Positions 11,201-18,466 of a stretch of 64,000 bases of DNA are shown piece by piece. The first letter of the stretch is position 1. Each line of letters starts with the position of its first letter. Position numbers and translations under genes: made by a program. Below the pieces are notes generated by a model. It saw only the letters and a list, made by a program, of their open reading frames with translations, searched no databases and had not been told where the DNA came from. Origin of the DNA: a virus (lineage: Duplodnaviria; Caudoviricetes); the IMG/VR virus record IMGVR_UViG_3300042924_005664, positions 1,290 to 65,289 of that record; one strand, written 5' to 3'.

Positions 11201-14085
11201 CAAGTAAAGTGTATATCTATGATGCCGAAGTCATGCCTCAATATAAAAAACTAGGCTACGGACAAGCCTTGTATCGTGAGCTTGCAAAATATGCACAAGA
11301 CAATGGTGTGAAAACTATCTGGGGAAACCCCGTAAGCAAAGAAGCGGTAGCTGTTCGCAGGAAATTATTTGATACCTATACTGGGAAAGAAAACACGCTT
11401 GGCGGCTATAGTTATGCAGGAAGTAGGATTCCAAGCGACATCTCCTTCATGCCAGCAAGCAAGGGCGACTCGCCAGCCTCCAGCCTCTCCAAGGACGAGC
11501 GCGACACCGCAGTAAAGTTCCTCGAACGCGGAACACTAACCGCAGCCAACGTCTTCGACGCGCTCGCGAAGCTCGCCAACGGCGACATGCAGTCCATTAC
11601 CGAGAAGCTATCTACGGGACGCCTCTTCGAGCTCGCGCACCGCGCAACGGGCACTCCCATCCTGAACCGCGTCGATGCGATCTCCGCCATCCGCAACGAG
11701 ATCAATAGCCGCAAGGACGCAATGCCTCAGAGCAGCATTGCATCACCCATGGCCGACGACATCATCCGCACGCCAGTAAATCGTATGGCCGCGCAGGGCG
11801 CTCAATTCAAGCCCGCAACTAAAATTGAAGGGGCGGAAGAGATCGAAATAGCTCCCGGGTTCCAGAAAGCGCTAACTAAAGGCGGGAAGTGGGCTGTTTA
11901 TGCTTCCAATAATATATTAGCTACTGGAAAGCAATTCGATAGTCCTGAAGCTGCAGATGAAGCGGCTAAAATAATAGCTAACGCCAATGAACCACTTCAA
12001 GGAATCCCTTATTCCTTGCAAGAAGGACGCACTGGAAAGTGGAAGATTATCGACAAGAAGGGAGAAGCCGCAGCGTCCAAAACTTTTTCTAATCCTGCTG
12101 AAGCCGCAGAGTATGCCGTAGCATTGCATCGTGAATCATTGCCGCTTTCTGCAGTCAAAAAGTTGATGCCTAAAGCAGATAGAGATGCGGTTACTGAGGC
12201 TGAACAACGCATTGCTGACATGCAGGCTAAGAATCCTGAAGCAATGCCTCTGGTGGTGACTAGAGATGCTGATACTGGTCTTCCGAAGATTGATCTTTTA
12301 GAAGACGCAGAAGGCAATCCAGTTCTTGATGAAAAAGGCAAGCAGGTTCGTGGAGTGATCTTTAGTCAGGTTCCCTACAAGTTGCGTCAGTCTCCAATGC
12401 TTGATGCTAAAGACGACAATGTCGCAGTGCAGCAGGCAGCAGACTTAATGACTCCTGAAGTAGAAATAGCCATGGCGGATCCTTCGGTAGCCAAGGCTAT
12501 CGGATGGTACAAGAAAATGCGTCAGCAGCTGCAGCAATACTACGGCGCAAATATTGAGCTTTTCGGACAACTTCTCGGAGCTACTAGCGCACGTACTCCC
12601 GTTGATGAGAATTTCAAGCAGACTATTGAAGCTGCAAGACAATATTCTAAGGGAGCCTATGACGCTCTGCTTCAAAGATTCCATGAACATATTGTTAAGG
12701 CTACCGAAGATCTTGCTTCAGGTGCTTTACAAGCGAGTTGGGAGAAAAAGAATCCTACTAAAACTTGGAACCAAGAAAAAGATGGAGCGGACGCTCTCCG
12801 CATGGAGATCAATAAATTCAGTGAAGTTCCAGTCAGGTCTAACGGCAAAAAGTTCAATGCTAATTCCCAGAAAGTTCTGCACGCATTGTATGGGAATTGG
12901 TTGACTCAAACCGTAGGGCCGAAAACCCCCAATTTTGCTGGCAACCTCACGGGGCGCACTCTCAGAGCTACAATCGACGTTTGGGCCGCACGCAATCTTC
13001 GTCGTTTGCTTTACGACGATGGTTCTAGTCAGTGGCGTTTGCTCCCTGAACAAGAGAAAGGAGTAGACTCTGCTTACAATGCCAAAGGCGAGCTGACGGG
13101 AGATTTCCCGTTTGCCCAGAATGTGTACGACGAAGTTGCCAGTCGCGTTAATATGAACGCTGATGATTTGCAGGCTTTGATGTGGTTCTATGAAAAGGGA
13201 ATCTGGGATCAAAACGGATGGACTGGGGCACTTGGCGCTAAAAAGAGTTCCTTTGAAGAGGAGGCTGAAAAGCTGTCTCTTGATCGCTACCAAGCTGGAG
13301 TTACGGCTTACACGAACGAAGGCCAATATCCAAACCTAGAAGAATTCACTGCTGGGGTGCAGGAAAAAACCCGCAAGGAATTGCGTGATTCAATCGGCCA
13401 GCTTCCCGGTGTGGAAATCTCCAGAGTTACCCACACGGATGGACTCTATGGTGGGTCTGTAGAGCCTTCCTTGGACGTTGAATTTAGCGTTTCTCGGGAT
13501 AAGAACGGAAAACCCCAGTCGATTGCTTCCGTAATTGACAGGCTCAAGGCTATTGGAAAGGAACAAAATCAATACGATACGTTCATATCTCAGCTAGTAG
13601 ACAAAGAGCATCCGAATGCACGTCCGATGGTCGAGATAGGCTTTAAAAACGCCGCGAAACCAGAAGAAGTAGAGGCTGTTGTCAAAGCCTTCCGTGACGC
13701 TGGGATCGACGGCTTTACCCTAGCCAAGGACAGCAAAGGAAACGTGATCGGAATCCGCGCACAATACATCCCAGAGATATCTTCCCGTTGGGATGAAGAA
13801 GGCCGAACAGATCTCTTAGATCCAGAAAAACACGGCGAATCATCGCAGAATTGGGCGGATAAAGCTCGTCAAGCCATTAATTCCCTTGGCGATCAAGAGA
13901 ATGTGAGCTATAAGAATGAAGGATATGTCTCAACCCACGTTTATGGAAAAGAAGAATACGACGCAGAAACCAGCCCACAAGACCTTCTCGGAAGCGATGT
14001 CCGAGATCAATTGGGGAGAAGGAAACGAATCCTTGAAGCCCTTGCCGGGGAGGGACAGATACCTAGCGGGATCGGCTCGGACTGA
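5248..14085 (+). CDS. Giant polyvalent internal virion protein (zincin peptidase, kinase, HeH, GNAT, HhH-glycosylase-like domains)
   Basis: HETNH at ~7690; kinase GTEHQV...SDLHPGN...VFDP at ~9690-10115; GNAT QYKKLGYGQALY at ~11240; GWY...GPKTPNFAGNL...TIDVWAAR...LQALMW at ~12500-13190. Confidence 0.85.
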   Translation: MGFLDELDQKYAQETPKEEPTKPSGFLGELESKYKDAPVEQPKSFLEELDQKYDVNPDSLRNRQSRGEPLSMEQERIVFDANRARGLGEQAAAAGKGVYASLSEMVPQAFEGTKKIMGAGKDLAKEIGIKYLDVNPLVPEIAVNYIAGNTAEDRKANLEKAAKREADIVRSLASGAVQAGEEVINEAARGAFFGTPITDLVQEYPAGKLAVEAMKAGGPVALATKALGGKIFGEPLVDLQPITKDESFQRSLSREDMRQQEQQEYKDLPERTTAALVKLAESSAGSLLGKSLGVPSDEQFQKDLVQELKNNAIVPDEDVALMGNMLSPLDPTFVLAGPLARASSKVFDVASEAGLRALTKPTIAGMNPLEATGRVIRFSGEGAQNVARKFSDFLTGSEDSFIGKLADPIVAVTRRPGIMVEGAGRALRDVGRQIDDVGIRSRTGIIERAGQDVRSGDFMRTVFGAGTEKAQAKALKASEKLAEEGVDTGASAPALSSKRRAAARTADWVFRQAEALARYGTSGAAIGTALGLPDIENAEALGQMATTGAMVGAIGGARLGEKGAKLIDPRVSLKGKIDAILADDPVSRRADEDADIERFRSTAAPDLINKANEFGNINSVLQSFDGHLQNLDFQREQAIARGEADVAAGIELEIKKTAASKDAVSKMTPDAMKEYQRRVDLTLADALDQAKTTGEAVGLNNIEIKLLSPVEMLGYLRDKWGTTLTNAEYVLQSLAGNNDLSDQDQQKLNQARETINQFNYMYQTAMGQRGYAMSDNTYSDSPMHLRPANLKTPSVVINSELVKSQLGNNLYGTLVHETNHALRNFKEVKSMMAPIEEYLFGKKVQNADGSITEISKGIYDDAAIDRMGDYYAELLGGDKWKAGFATEGQYRNYIKEEILAEAAGLSSNTANLRADLDSPGQAFIDWAATSNKNTLIGKLRDALGLKGILLDDSGRISDVLGETISPEVLALTRQFQRQLRDYNGSLSQITSASGPEVTISAPELLSSKILQNKYRGLDIWQKEQVLTIKDDEGNVVNEIVVPQSASLNALVGQYRLEDGMLVDENGNKMQIAPEIAAANLPNNTSISVDQRIARNPDGSPRILSNREIQARARKRAEVLKNAIEGAMEDGSTNRVRPVGENEYAGILSPTQLQAILELPNDIVAPELKRKIAAFNETALRKDGTRMIVEYQAAMKGGKYKALAPKIRDVVPFGFRITKDGNFLATTISVSRIFDKINEWAKPNRNRLNLWNGDTNALWEDIIHVLKNHQKGERGEVGLDVDPDMAVLKKNRINDIFNLFDKATESKNPDRSVSKTRKGQDSIDRVIMGMRMDRVNDFQISNAQKIPVDYGKIKENYMPNVPVDVVQNNVAEEGGLGYKESPTIKYREPKYETTNPPRLGYIDPRTTAEGRRVLSESPILAQAYDALERASEAGGDQRPTSGSSVIPAETEALREFANSSGAMESPEAVQKFTDDWNAENRNAGTEHQVLFGDKDRIEKRFTATYDDTWKNYLDRILLHNILFKDSAIKLEGFQEVPEKTQDRSGNEWSPGLYAKISQPYAEGQQVDLIKDLKPYMESLGFVSNGPMNYYHPEYGVHVSDLHPGNAYVEIDAQGNKHVTVFDPGLHMTGEKEGDAKERARVEAKLAAQRPVEDVGFSWPKEIDDAIVRVRSVLDNPDNMPTQVKPEAPLPVSLYEAGTSLESFGINSLKEIAEHYGFPIPEKAKRGEIIDLVENRSSDVQFRPANITREVGANEDFITIPEEEAARSALNSSKQPKFGAARDLEAGYPVALRIDIPAFKSTGNYVVTVHEKGTPSKVGEVIGYDTIARIDNPQFMSNETGAEKIKKGESNKFPIATVAGEFNPSREMPADINDWTPVGFDPSEHSYFYDKATDELVLGGDEAVSVGNTVFVKNPVYGDKATARFMPAAGESKPVPTQEELDAMKEGLPPYQAKIGELSEGRFGLNLYTDNGLYVGNIEGQIRESDPSKVYIYDAEVMPQYKKLGYGQALYRELAKYAQDNGVKTIWGNPVSKEAVAVRRKLFDTYTGKENTLGGYSYAGSRIPSDISFMPASKGDSPASSLSKDERDTAVKFLERGTLTAANVFDALAKLANGDMQSITEKLSTGRLFELAHRATGTPILNRVDAISAIRNEINSRKDAMPQSSIASPMADDIIRTPVNRMAAQGAQFKPATKIEGAEEIEIAPGFQKALTKGGKWAVYASNNILATGKQFDSPEAADEAAKIIANANEPLQGIPYSLQEGRTGKWKIIDKKGEAAASKTFSNPAEAAEYAVALHRESLPLSAVKKLMPKADRDAVTEAEQRIADMQAKNPEAMPLVVTRDADTGLPKIDLLEDAEGNPVLDEKGKQVRGVIFSQVPYKLRQSPMLDAKDDNVAVQQAADLMTPEVEIAMADPSVAKAIGWYKKMRQQLQQYYGANIELFGQLLGATSARTPVDENFKQTIEAARQYSKGAYDALLQRFHEHIVKATEDLASGALQASWEKKNPTKTWNQEKDGADALRMEINKFSEVPVRSNGKKFNANSQKVLHALYGNWLTQTVGPKTPNFAGNLTGRTLRATIDVWAARNLRRLLYDDGSSQWRLLPEQEKGVDSAYNAKGELTGDFPFAQNVYDEVASRVNMNADDLQALMWFYEKGIWDQNGWTGALGAKKSSFEEEAEKLSLDRYQAGVTAYTNEGQYPNLEEFTAGVQEKTRKELRDSIGQLPGVEISRVTHTDGLYGGSVEPSLDVEFSVSRDKNGKPQSIASVIDRLKAIGKEQNQYDTFISQLVDKEHPNARPMVEIGFKNAAKPEEVEAVVKAFRDAGIDGFTLAKDSKGNVIGIRAQYIPEISSRWDEEGRTDLLDPEKHGESSQNWADKARQAINSLGDQENVSYKNEGYVSTHVYGKEEYDAETSPQDLLGSDVRDQLGRRKRILEALAGEGQIPSGIGSD
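9353..9381 (+). promoter_or_regulatory. Internal sigma70-like promoter inside giant gene
   Basis: TTGCCG-N17-TACAAA, almost the same as intergenic TTGCCA-N17-TACAAA at 41527. Confidence 0.55.
9404..9580 (+). CDS. Nested +1-frame 58-aa protein (candidate antidote to kinase domain)
   Basis: GTG AAC start as in the early genes, A/C-rich leader, promoter upstream; MNQNTKPPTPQDWDTSIRELQRKVEESSARVRSSRKHTTPLKERLRLAEISAQLQGLR. Confidence 0.55.
   Translation: MNQNTKPPTPQDWDTSIRELQRKVEESSARVRSSRKHTTPLKERLRLAEISAQLQGLR
13886..13914 (+). promoter_or_regulatory. Internal sigma70-like promoter near 3' end of giant gene
   Basis: TTGGCG-N17-TATAAG. Confidence 0.55.
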
Positions 14086-14155
14086 GTCCGAACCTAGTCC
14101 CGAAGACATAGCTCTTCTGAAACAACTATACGCAAACCGATCAACCATTCTATAA
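13925..14155 (+). CDS. Overlapping +1-frame small protein (start 13925 or 13943)
   Basis: Follows internal promoter, overlaps the end of the giant ORF and stops 2 nt before the next ATG (14158). Confidence 0.6.
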   Translation: MSQPTFMEKKNTTQKPAHKTFSEAMSEINWGEGNESLKPLPGRDRYLAGSARTESEPSPEDIALLKQLYANRSTIL

Positions 14156-14157
14156 CC

Positions 14158-14301
14158 ATGCCACTCAAATACTGCGCCTCCCAAAATTGCTTTGAACGCA
14201 ACATCGCCTCAGAAGTTCGTTCTGGCAAACCTGTAAAACAAGCTGTTGCCATCGCGTATAGCGTCAAACGTAAGGCCCAAGCAAAAGCTAGGAAAAAATA
14301 G
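14158..14301 (+). CDS. Small basic phage protein (DUF6496-like)
   Basis: MPLKYCASQNCFERNIASEVRSGKPVKQAVAIAYSVKRKAQAKARKK; KQAVAIA motif. Confidence 0.8.
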   Translation: MPLKYCASQNCFERNIASEVRSGKPVKQAVAIAYSVKRKAQAKARKK

Positions 14302-14311
14302 TCGCGTTCAA

Positions 14312-14938
14312 ATGCGAATCGAAATCAAGGCAGTTGATCCGATCGCACTGCGCGAAAAATCGGCGTGGCTAAAGGACGGCTCGCTGCAGGTTCTTGTTCC
14401 AGATTACGGAAGGAATCACGATGGCGCGTTTCTAGTTGGATTGTATGAATTGGTAAAAGCGTGGCAGTGCCACAAGGCACACATCCCCGAGGGGGCAGTT
14501 AAGCTCAAACAAGAAATCGTTGCAGCCGAGGTCGAGAGGCACGTTGCAGACGCACTCGAAATTGATTGGGAGCAGCACGAAAAGTGGGTCGAGAATTCGT
14601 ATGACGAAGTCGCTCGTAGTAGTGCAATAGAAGCTCCAAGAATTTTACTTCAAGGCCCTCGTGCTTGGGCCGAGCTGCACATCTTTGCATTACGTCATGA
14701 AGCAATGCGTCAGGGCGTCAGTGAAGCAAGTTGGTTTGAGAATTGGGTATCGGATCTCCCCTTCGATGGCTGTCCCTGCAAGGGACACCTGCACGAATTT
14801 CTCGCGCACAATCCGCCAGACTGGGACAAGTTTTTTGCGTGGTCGGTGAACCTGCACAACGCGGTGAATGCTCGTATTGGAAAACTCACGATCGGCGTCG
14901 AGCAGGCGCGTGAGCTTTGGTCTTCGAGGTTGTTCTAG
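14312..14938 (+). CDS. Erv1/Alr-like FAD sulfhydryl oxidase domain fused to a degenerate zincin-like N-terminal domain
   Basis: GPRAWAELH...LPFDGCPCKGH...FFAWSVNLHNAVNARIGK. Confidence 0.75.
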   Translation: MRIEIKAVDPIALREKSAWLKDGSLQVLVPDYGRNHDGAFLVGLYELVKAWQCHKAHIPEGAVKLKQEIVAAEVERHVADALEIDWEQHEKWVENSYDEVARSSAIEAPRILLQGPRAWAELHIFALRHEAMRQGVSEASWFENWVSDLPFDGCPCKGHLHEFLAHNPPDWDKFFAWSVNLHNAVNARIGKLTIGVEQARELWSSRLF

Positions 14939-14951
14939 CTCCTAGAGCTAG

Positions 14952-15052
14952 TGTTTATGCGGGTCAAAATAATTAAAACTTTTTGTTGCGTACCGAAGCG
15001 GAATAGGCAATACTCACTCCAGTCAGTAACAACACAACCAACCAAAGGAACC
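14952..15052 (+). promoter_or_regulatory. Early promoter cassette copy 1
   Basis: AT-rich UP element, TTGCGT-N17-AATACT, spacer CCGAAGCGGAAT, CACTCCAGTCAGTAAC. Confidence 0.75.
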
Positions 15053-15059
15053 TAATCCA

Positions 15060-15461
15060 GTGAACACACAACTACCAGTCCTCAACCAGCTCGTCATCAA
15101 GGCGCTCGAAGTCATCGGGCACCCAGCATCGATCGCCGAGATCTGCAACGAGATCGAGCGTCAGGGAAATTACTTCTCCCGCAAGCACCCCCGTCAGGAG
15201 CTGTATGTCCGCATCGGAAAGTTCCACGGCATCCGCAAGATCAGCACGGCCACCTACGCTCTCGACGAGCCCGCAGAGGTTTACGTCGAGTACGTCGGCC
15301 AGCGTGAGGGCGAGGAGCCATTCGAGCTCAACGGCCAGCGGTGGCAGTACGTCAACGTCCTCAACGGGCAGGGCAAGCGCGACATCGGAGTCTACAGCTT
15401 CGGAGAAGACCGCTGCTACGACTACAGCATCTGGCGCAGCCGCGAGCTCGCCATCAACTAA
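15060..15461 (+). CDS. Early protein with HARE-HTH-like winged helix
   Basis: ALEVIGHPASIAEICNEIERQG...KISTATYAL pattern; GTG start after AAGGA. Confidence 0.6.
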   Translation: MNTQLPVLNQLVIKALEVIGHPASIAEICNEIERQGNYFSRKHPRQELYVRIGKFHGIRKISTATYALDEPAEVYVEYVGQREGEEPFELNGQRWQYVNVLNGQGKRDIGVYSFGEDRCYDYSIWRSRELAIN

Positions 15462-15492
15462 TCAACCTCAACCAACCAAGGAGACCAAACCA

Positions 15493-16215
15493 GTGAACCA
15501 CATCATCAGCACACCAGCAGTCACACGAGTCTACAGCGACGCAGGACGCGGCGCAGCCGACAAGGCGCACAGCGACACGAACTCCTGCACCGTCAACGCT
15601 CTCGCCAATACCACGGGCTGGGAGTGGAACCTCTGCCACGACATCGCGGCAGAGTCGGGACGCAAGCGCGGCAAGGGCCACGACCCCATCAAGCTGCTAA
15701 AGCACGCGGGGCACTACGGCGTCAAGAGTCGTCGTCTTACAAGGATCAAGCGAAGCAACTCGTGGACGGTTCAAAAGTTCATCAAGAAAAACCCCACGGG
15801 GAAATTCTACGTCTGCTCATCGCGTCACGCGTTTGCAATCGTTGACGGCGTCGTCAAGGACTGGCTGCACAACGGCGACCTCGTGCGAATCGTTCAGGCG
15901 TGGCGCATCCTCGACTCGGTCTACAACAACCGCAAGGTGGTCGTGCCAGTGCACAAGCCGAAGCCACGGCCTGCAGCACGTGGAAAGCGCGTCGAGTACA
16001 GCGTGCGTCCTAGGGACAAGTACGGCGACGCACATGACGTGTGGTACTGCGACTCCAGAGCGCAGGCGCTGAAGCTCGCAAGAGAATTCAAACTGGACGA
16101 GGAAACACCGAGCATCGATGTCGAGCGCTGCACGATTGATCGCTACGACTGGACGACGGTCTTCAAGAAGACGCTGAAAGATGGCGTCGTACATGTTGAC
16201 TGCGGAGCCGCATAA
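15493..16215 (+). CDS. Early protein, papain-like Cys peptidase fold candidate
   Basis: NSCTVNALANTTG...HAFAIVDGVVKD putative Cys-His-Asp; GTG start after AAGGAG. Confidence 0.6.
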   Translation: MNHIISTPAVTRVYSDAGRGAADKAHSDTNSCTVNALANTTGWEWNLCHDIAAESGRKRGKGHDPIKLLKHAGHYGVKSRRLTRIKRSNSWTVQKFIKKNPTGKFYVCSSRHAFAIVDGVVKDWLHNGDLVRIVQAWRILDSVYNNRKVVVPVHKPKPRPAARGKRVEYSVRPRDKYGDAHDVWYCDSRAQALKLAREFKLDEETPSIDVERCTIDRYDWTTVFKKTLKDGVVHVDCGAA

Positions 16216-16222
16216 TTACAGG

Positions 16223-16314
16223 CTCAAAAATAATTAAAATTTTTCTATACAACCGAAGCGGAATAGGCAATGATCACTCCAGTCAGTAACAACCAACCAC
16301 CAACCAAAGGAACC
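16223..16314 (+). promoter_or_regulatory. Early promoter cassette copy 2
   Basis: TATACA-N17-AATGAT with the same spacer and downstream block as copy 1. Confidence 0.75.
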
Positions 16315-16320
16315 AATAAA

Positions 16321-16833
16321 GTGAACGACATCAGCATCCCAGCAGCCTTCTACGACATCGCACTCGACCGCAACGTCGCGGTGCCCGTCGAGCAAGAGAT
16401 CCGCTCCAAGGGGCGCGGCAAGCAGTACGTCATCGATCGCAACGACGAGGCGTTGCCCTACCTCATCCAGCACGCGGACGAAAGCCTTACCAAGGAGCCG
16501 AAGATCGCAGCCGCCGCACGTGGCCTCCTGCTCTCTCTCAGGAAGCAGGGAGTTCCATTCAAGCTCGTCATCAACGAGGACGCGCTGCGAGTCAGCTCCG
16601 CCAAGCCAGTCACCCGCCGCACCGCAGCCAAGGCCACGGGACGCGACTACAACCGCGAGCTGATCGTAACGATCACTCCACGCGGTGACCTGATCCTTCG
16701 CCCAGTGGGACGCCGTCAGTCCGAGCAGGTCGCTCTCTCCGACGTCTATGCTTGGGTGCAGCGCAGCCGCTGCCTCAAGATCGCCCGTGAAAAGGCCGCG
16801 CTCAAAGCCTCCAAGCGCAAGAGCCGCCGATAA
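16321..16833 (+). CDS. Early hypothetical basic protein
   Basis: GTG AAC start after AAGGA; GC3-rich codons. Confidence 0.65.
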   Translation: MNDISIPAAFYDIALDRNVAVPVEQEIRSKGRGKQYVIDRNDEALPYLIQHADESLTKEPKIAAAARGLLLSLRKQGVPFKLVINEDALRVSSAKPVTRRTAAKATGRDYNRELIVTITPRGDLILRPVGRRQSEQVALSDVYAWVQRSRCLKIAREKAALKASKRKSRR

Positions 16834-16887
16834 AAATAATCCTTTACAACCCAAGCCGATTAGATAGTATCGCTCTCGTCAGTAAAC
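16833..16887 (+). promoter_or_regulatory. Early promoter cassette copy 3 (diverged)
   Basis: TTTACA-N16-TAGTAT; CCAAGCCGATTAG spacer; GTCAGTAA block. Confidence 0.55.
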
Positions 16888-16914
16888 ACCAAACCAACAA
16901 ACACACACACTACC

Positions 16915-17064
16915 ATGCACAGCCTACAAACCATCATCTACGCCAACGCCAACGCCGAGCGCAAAGCCCGCGCAAAGGCACTCACCCACCGCGCCGAACA
17001 GGCACAGCGCAAGATCGCTGAACGCATCGCCATCTCACGCGGAATCCCCGTAAGCCATCGCTAG
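16915..17064 (+). CDS. 49-aa basic helical early protein
   Basis: ATG after AC-rich leader; MHSLQTIIYANANAERKARAK... Confidence 0.55.
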   Translation: MHSLQTIIYANANAERKARAKALTHRAEQAQRKIAERIAISRGIPVSHR

Positions 17065-17104
17065 TCAACCCGTCAGTCAACCTAACCAACAACCCACCAA
17101 CAAC

Positions 17105-17926
17105 GTGAACAACACCAACACACTCCGCCCTCAGTTCGACACCGCCACCCGCTACGTCGACACCACCACCGAGAAGTTCGCCCCGATCCGCACTGCGGAC
17201 GCGGTAGACGCGCTCCTCGACAACGGCTGGCAGATCCAGACCGCGAGCGTCGCCAAGACGCGCACGCTGGCTCGTCAACCATTCGCACGCCACGCGGCCA
17301 CGCTCTCGTTCCCAGACGACCAGTCCTCCGCTGAGTTCCGCCCGCAGATCCTGATCGTCAACAGCAACGACGGCGGATCAGCGTTCAAACTCTTCGCGGG
17401 CATCTACCGCTTCATCTGCGCCAACGGCATCGTTGTCGGCTCGACCTTCGAGGGCATCTCGATTCGCCACATCGGCGACGTCGATACCATCAAGGCTCGC
17501 ATCGTCGAGGGCGCTGACCGCATCCGCCGTGGGGCTCCCGTACTCGGAACCTTGGCCGAGCAGTTCCGCAATACCGAGCTGAACCCATCGCAGATCCTGC
17601 AGTTCAATTCGGTCGCCGCTGGCCTCCGCTTCCCCAAGCTCGGAGACCGCGACAAGCTCGCCAACCTCGCGCTGAAGTTCGACGTGGTTCGTCGCCGCGA
17701 AGACCAGAACAACGACCTCTGGACGACCTTCAACCGCGTTCAGGAGACCGCCATTCGTGGCGGCATCCAGAACGGACGCAGGCGCGTCAGGGGGCTCTCG
17801 AGCATCGGTCGCAACGTCTCGCTTAACCGCTCCCTCTGGGATCTCGCGGTGGACACTCAGGAGGGTCGCCTAGCCGAGCGCTACGACGCCTTCCAGAGCA
17901 GCATTCAGGACGCCGTACTAATCTAA
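17105..17926 (+). CDS. DUF932/DUF945-family protein
   Basis: ILIVNSNDGGSAFKLFAGIYRFICANG...RHIG; RRREDQNNDLWTTFNRVQE. Confidence 0.85.
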   Translation: MNNTNTLRPQFDTATRYVDTTTEKFAPIRTADAVDALLDNGWQIQTASVAKTRTLARQPFARHAATLSFPDDQSSAEFRPQILIVNSNDGGSAFKLFAGIYRFICANGIVVGSTFEGISIRHIGDVDTIKARIVEGADRIRRGAPVLGTLAEQFRNTELNPSQILQFNSVAAGLRFPKLGDRDKLANLALKFDVVRRREDQNNDLWTTFNRVQETAIRGGIQNGRRRVRGLSSIGRNVSLNRSLWDLAVDTQEGRLAERYDAFQSSIQDAVLI

Positions 17927-17933
17927 GGTTTAA

Positions 17934-17963
17934 TTTGGGGGCTCCCTTCGGGGAGCCTCCAAA
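17934..17963 (+). terminator. Strong hairpin with UUCG loop
   Basis: TTTGGGGGCTCCC-TTCG-GGGAGCCTCCAAA; no U-tract on + strand. Confidence 0.6.
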
Positions 17964-17978
17964 ACCATCATCACTTCA

Positions 17979-18278
17979 ATGAGCGAAGAATTTATCAAGG
18001 CGCTAACCGACGCGATCGACGAGCTTACTGGCAGCACCGCCATCGAGTTCCCAGAATCAGCGGATCAGGGCGACCCAGCGACAAGGCGTAAGATTGCAAA
18101 ACTAATTTGCAGCAATCCTGAGCACTACAAGGTGTGCTGCGGCTGCGAAGCAATTGTCCGAGAGACAGCTCCAGTCTGCCCCCAGTGCGACGCGTACCGC
18201 TTCGAGACCGACGCCACCCTCATCAGGGAGCAGGCAAACATCTTGGCAGATCGTACACCCACAACTTGGCTAAATTAA
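17979..18278 (+). CDS. Zn-ribbon hypothetical protein
   Basis: CCGC...CPQC. Confidence 0.6.
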   Translation: MSEEFIKALTDAIDELTGSTAIEFPESADQGDPATRRKIAKLICSNPEHYKVCCGCEAIVRETAPVCPQCDAYRFETDATLIREQANILADRTPTTWLN

Positions 18279-18466
18279 TGAACTGGATCATCAGAAAACC
18301 AATTTGGGGATCTTTAGAAGACCCAGTACTCGACCCCCTAGAAATTGATTTCGGACTTGGGTTTCACAATGGACGACCAATTTTAACAACTGGAAAAGAC
18401 TCCGAGTCGATCGACCACCTCGTCGAAATCCGCAGATGCCTACGTGAATATGAGCAATCGAATTGA
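18278..18466 (+). CDS. Hypothetical protein
   Basis: TAATG translational coupling with upstream gene. Confidence 0.5.
   Translation: MNWIIRKPIWGSLEDPVLDPLEIDFGLGFHNGRPILTTGKDSESIDHLVEIRRCLREYEQSN

Noticed and set aside
14992-15003. N4 vRNAP-type hairpin promoter (GAAGCGGA)
   Set aside because: Stem only 3 bp, sigma70-like spacing explains the site, and no RNAP motifs seen in the giant protein
15205-15492. Long N-terminus of the 336-aa ORF
   Set aside because: Overlaps 15060 gene with Ser/Thr shadow sequence; GTG 15493 has an SD
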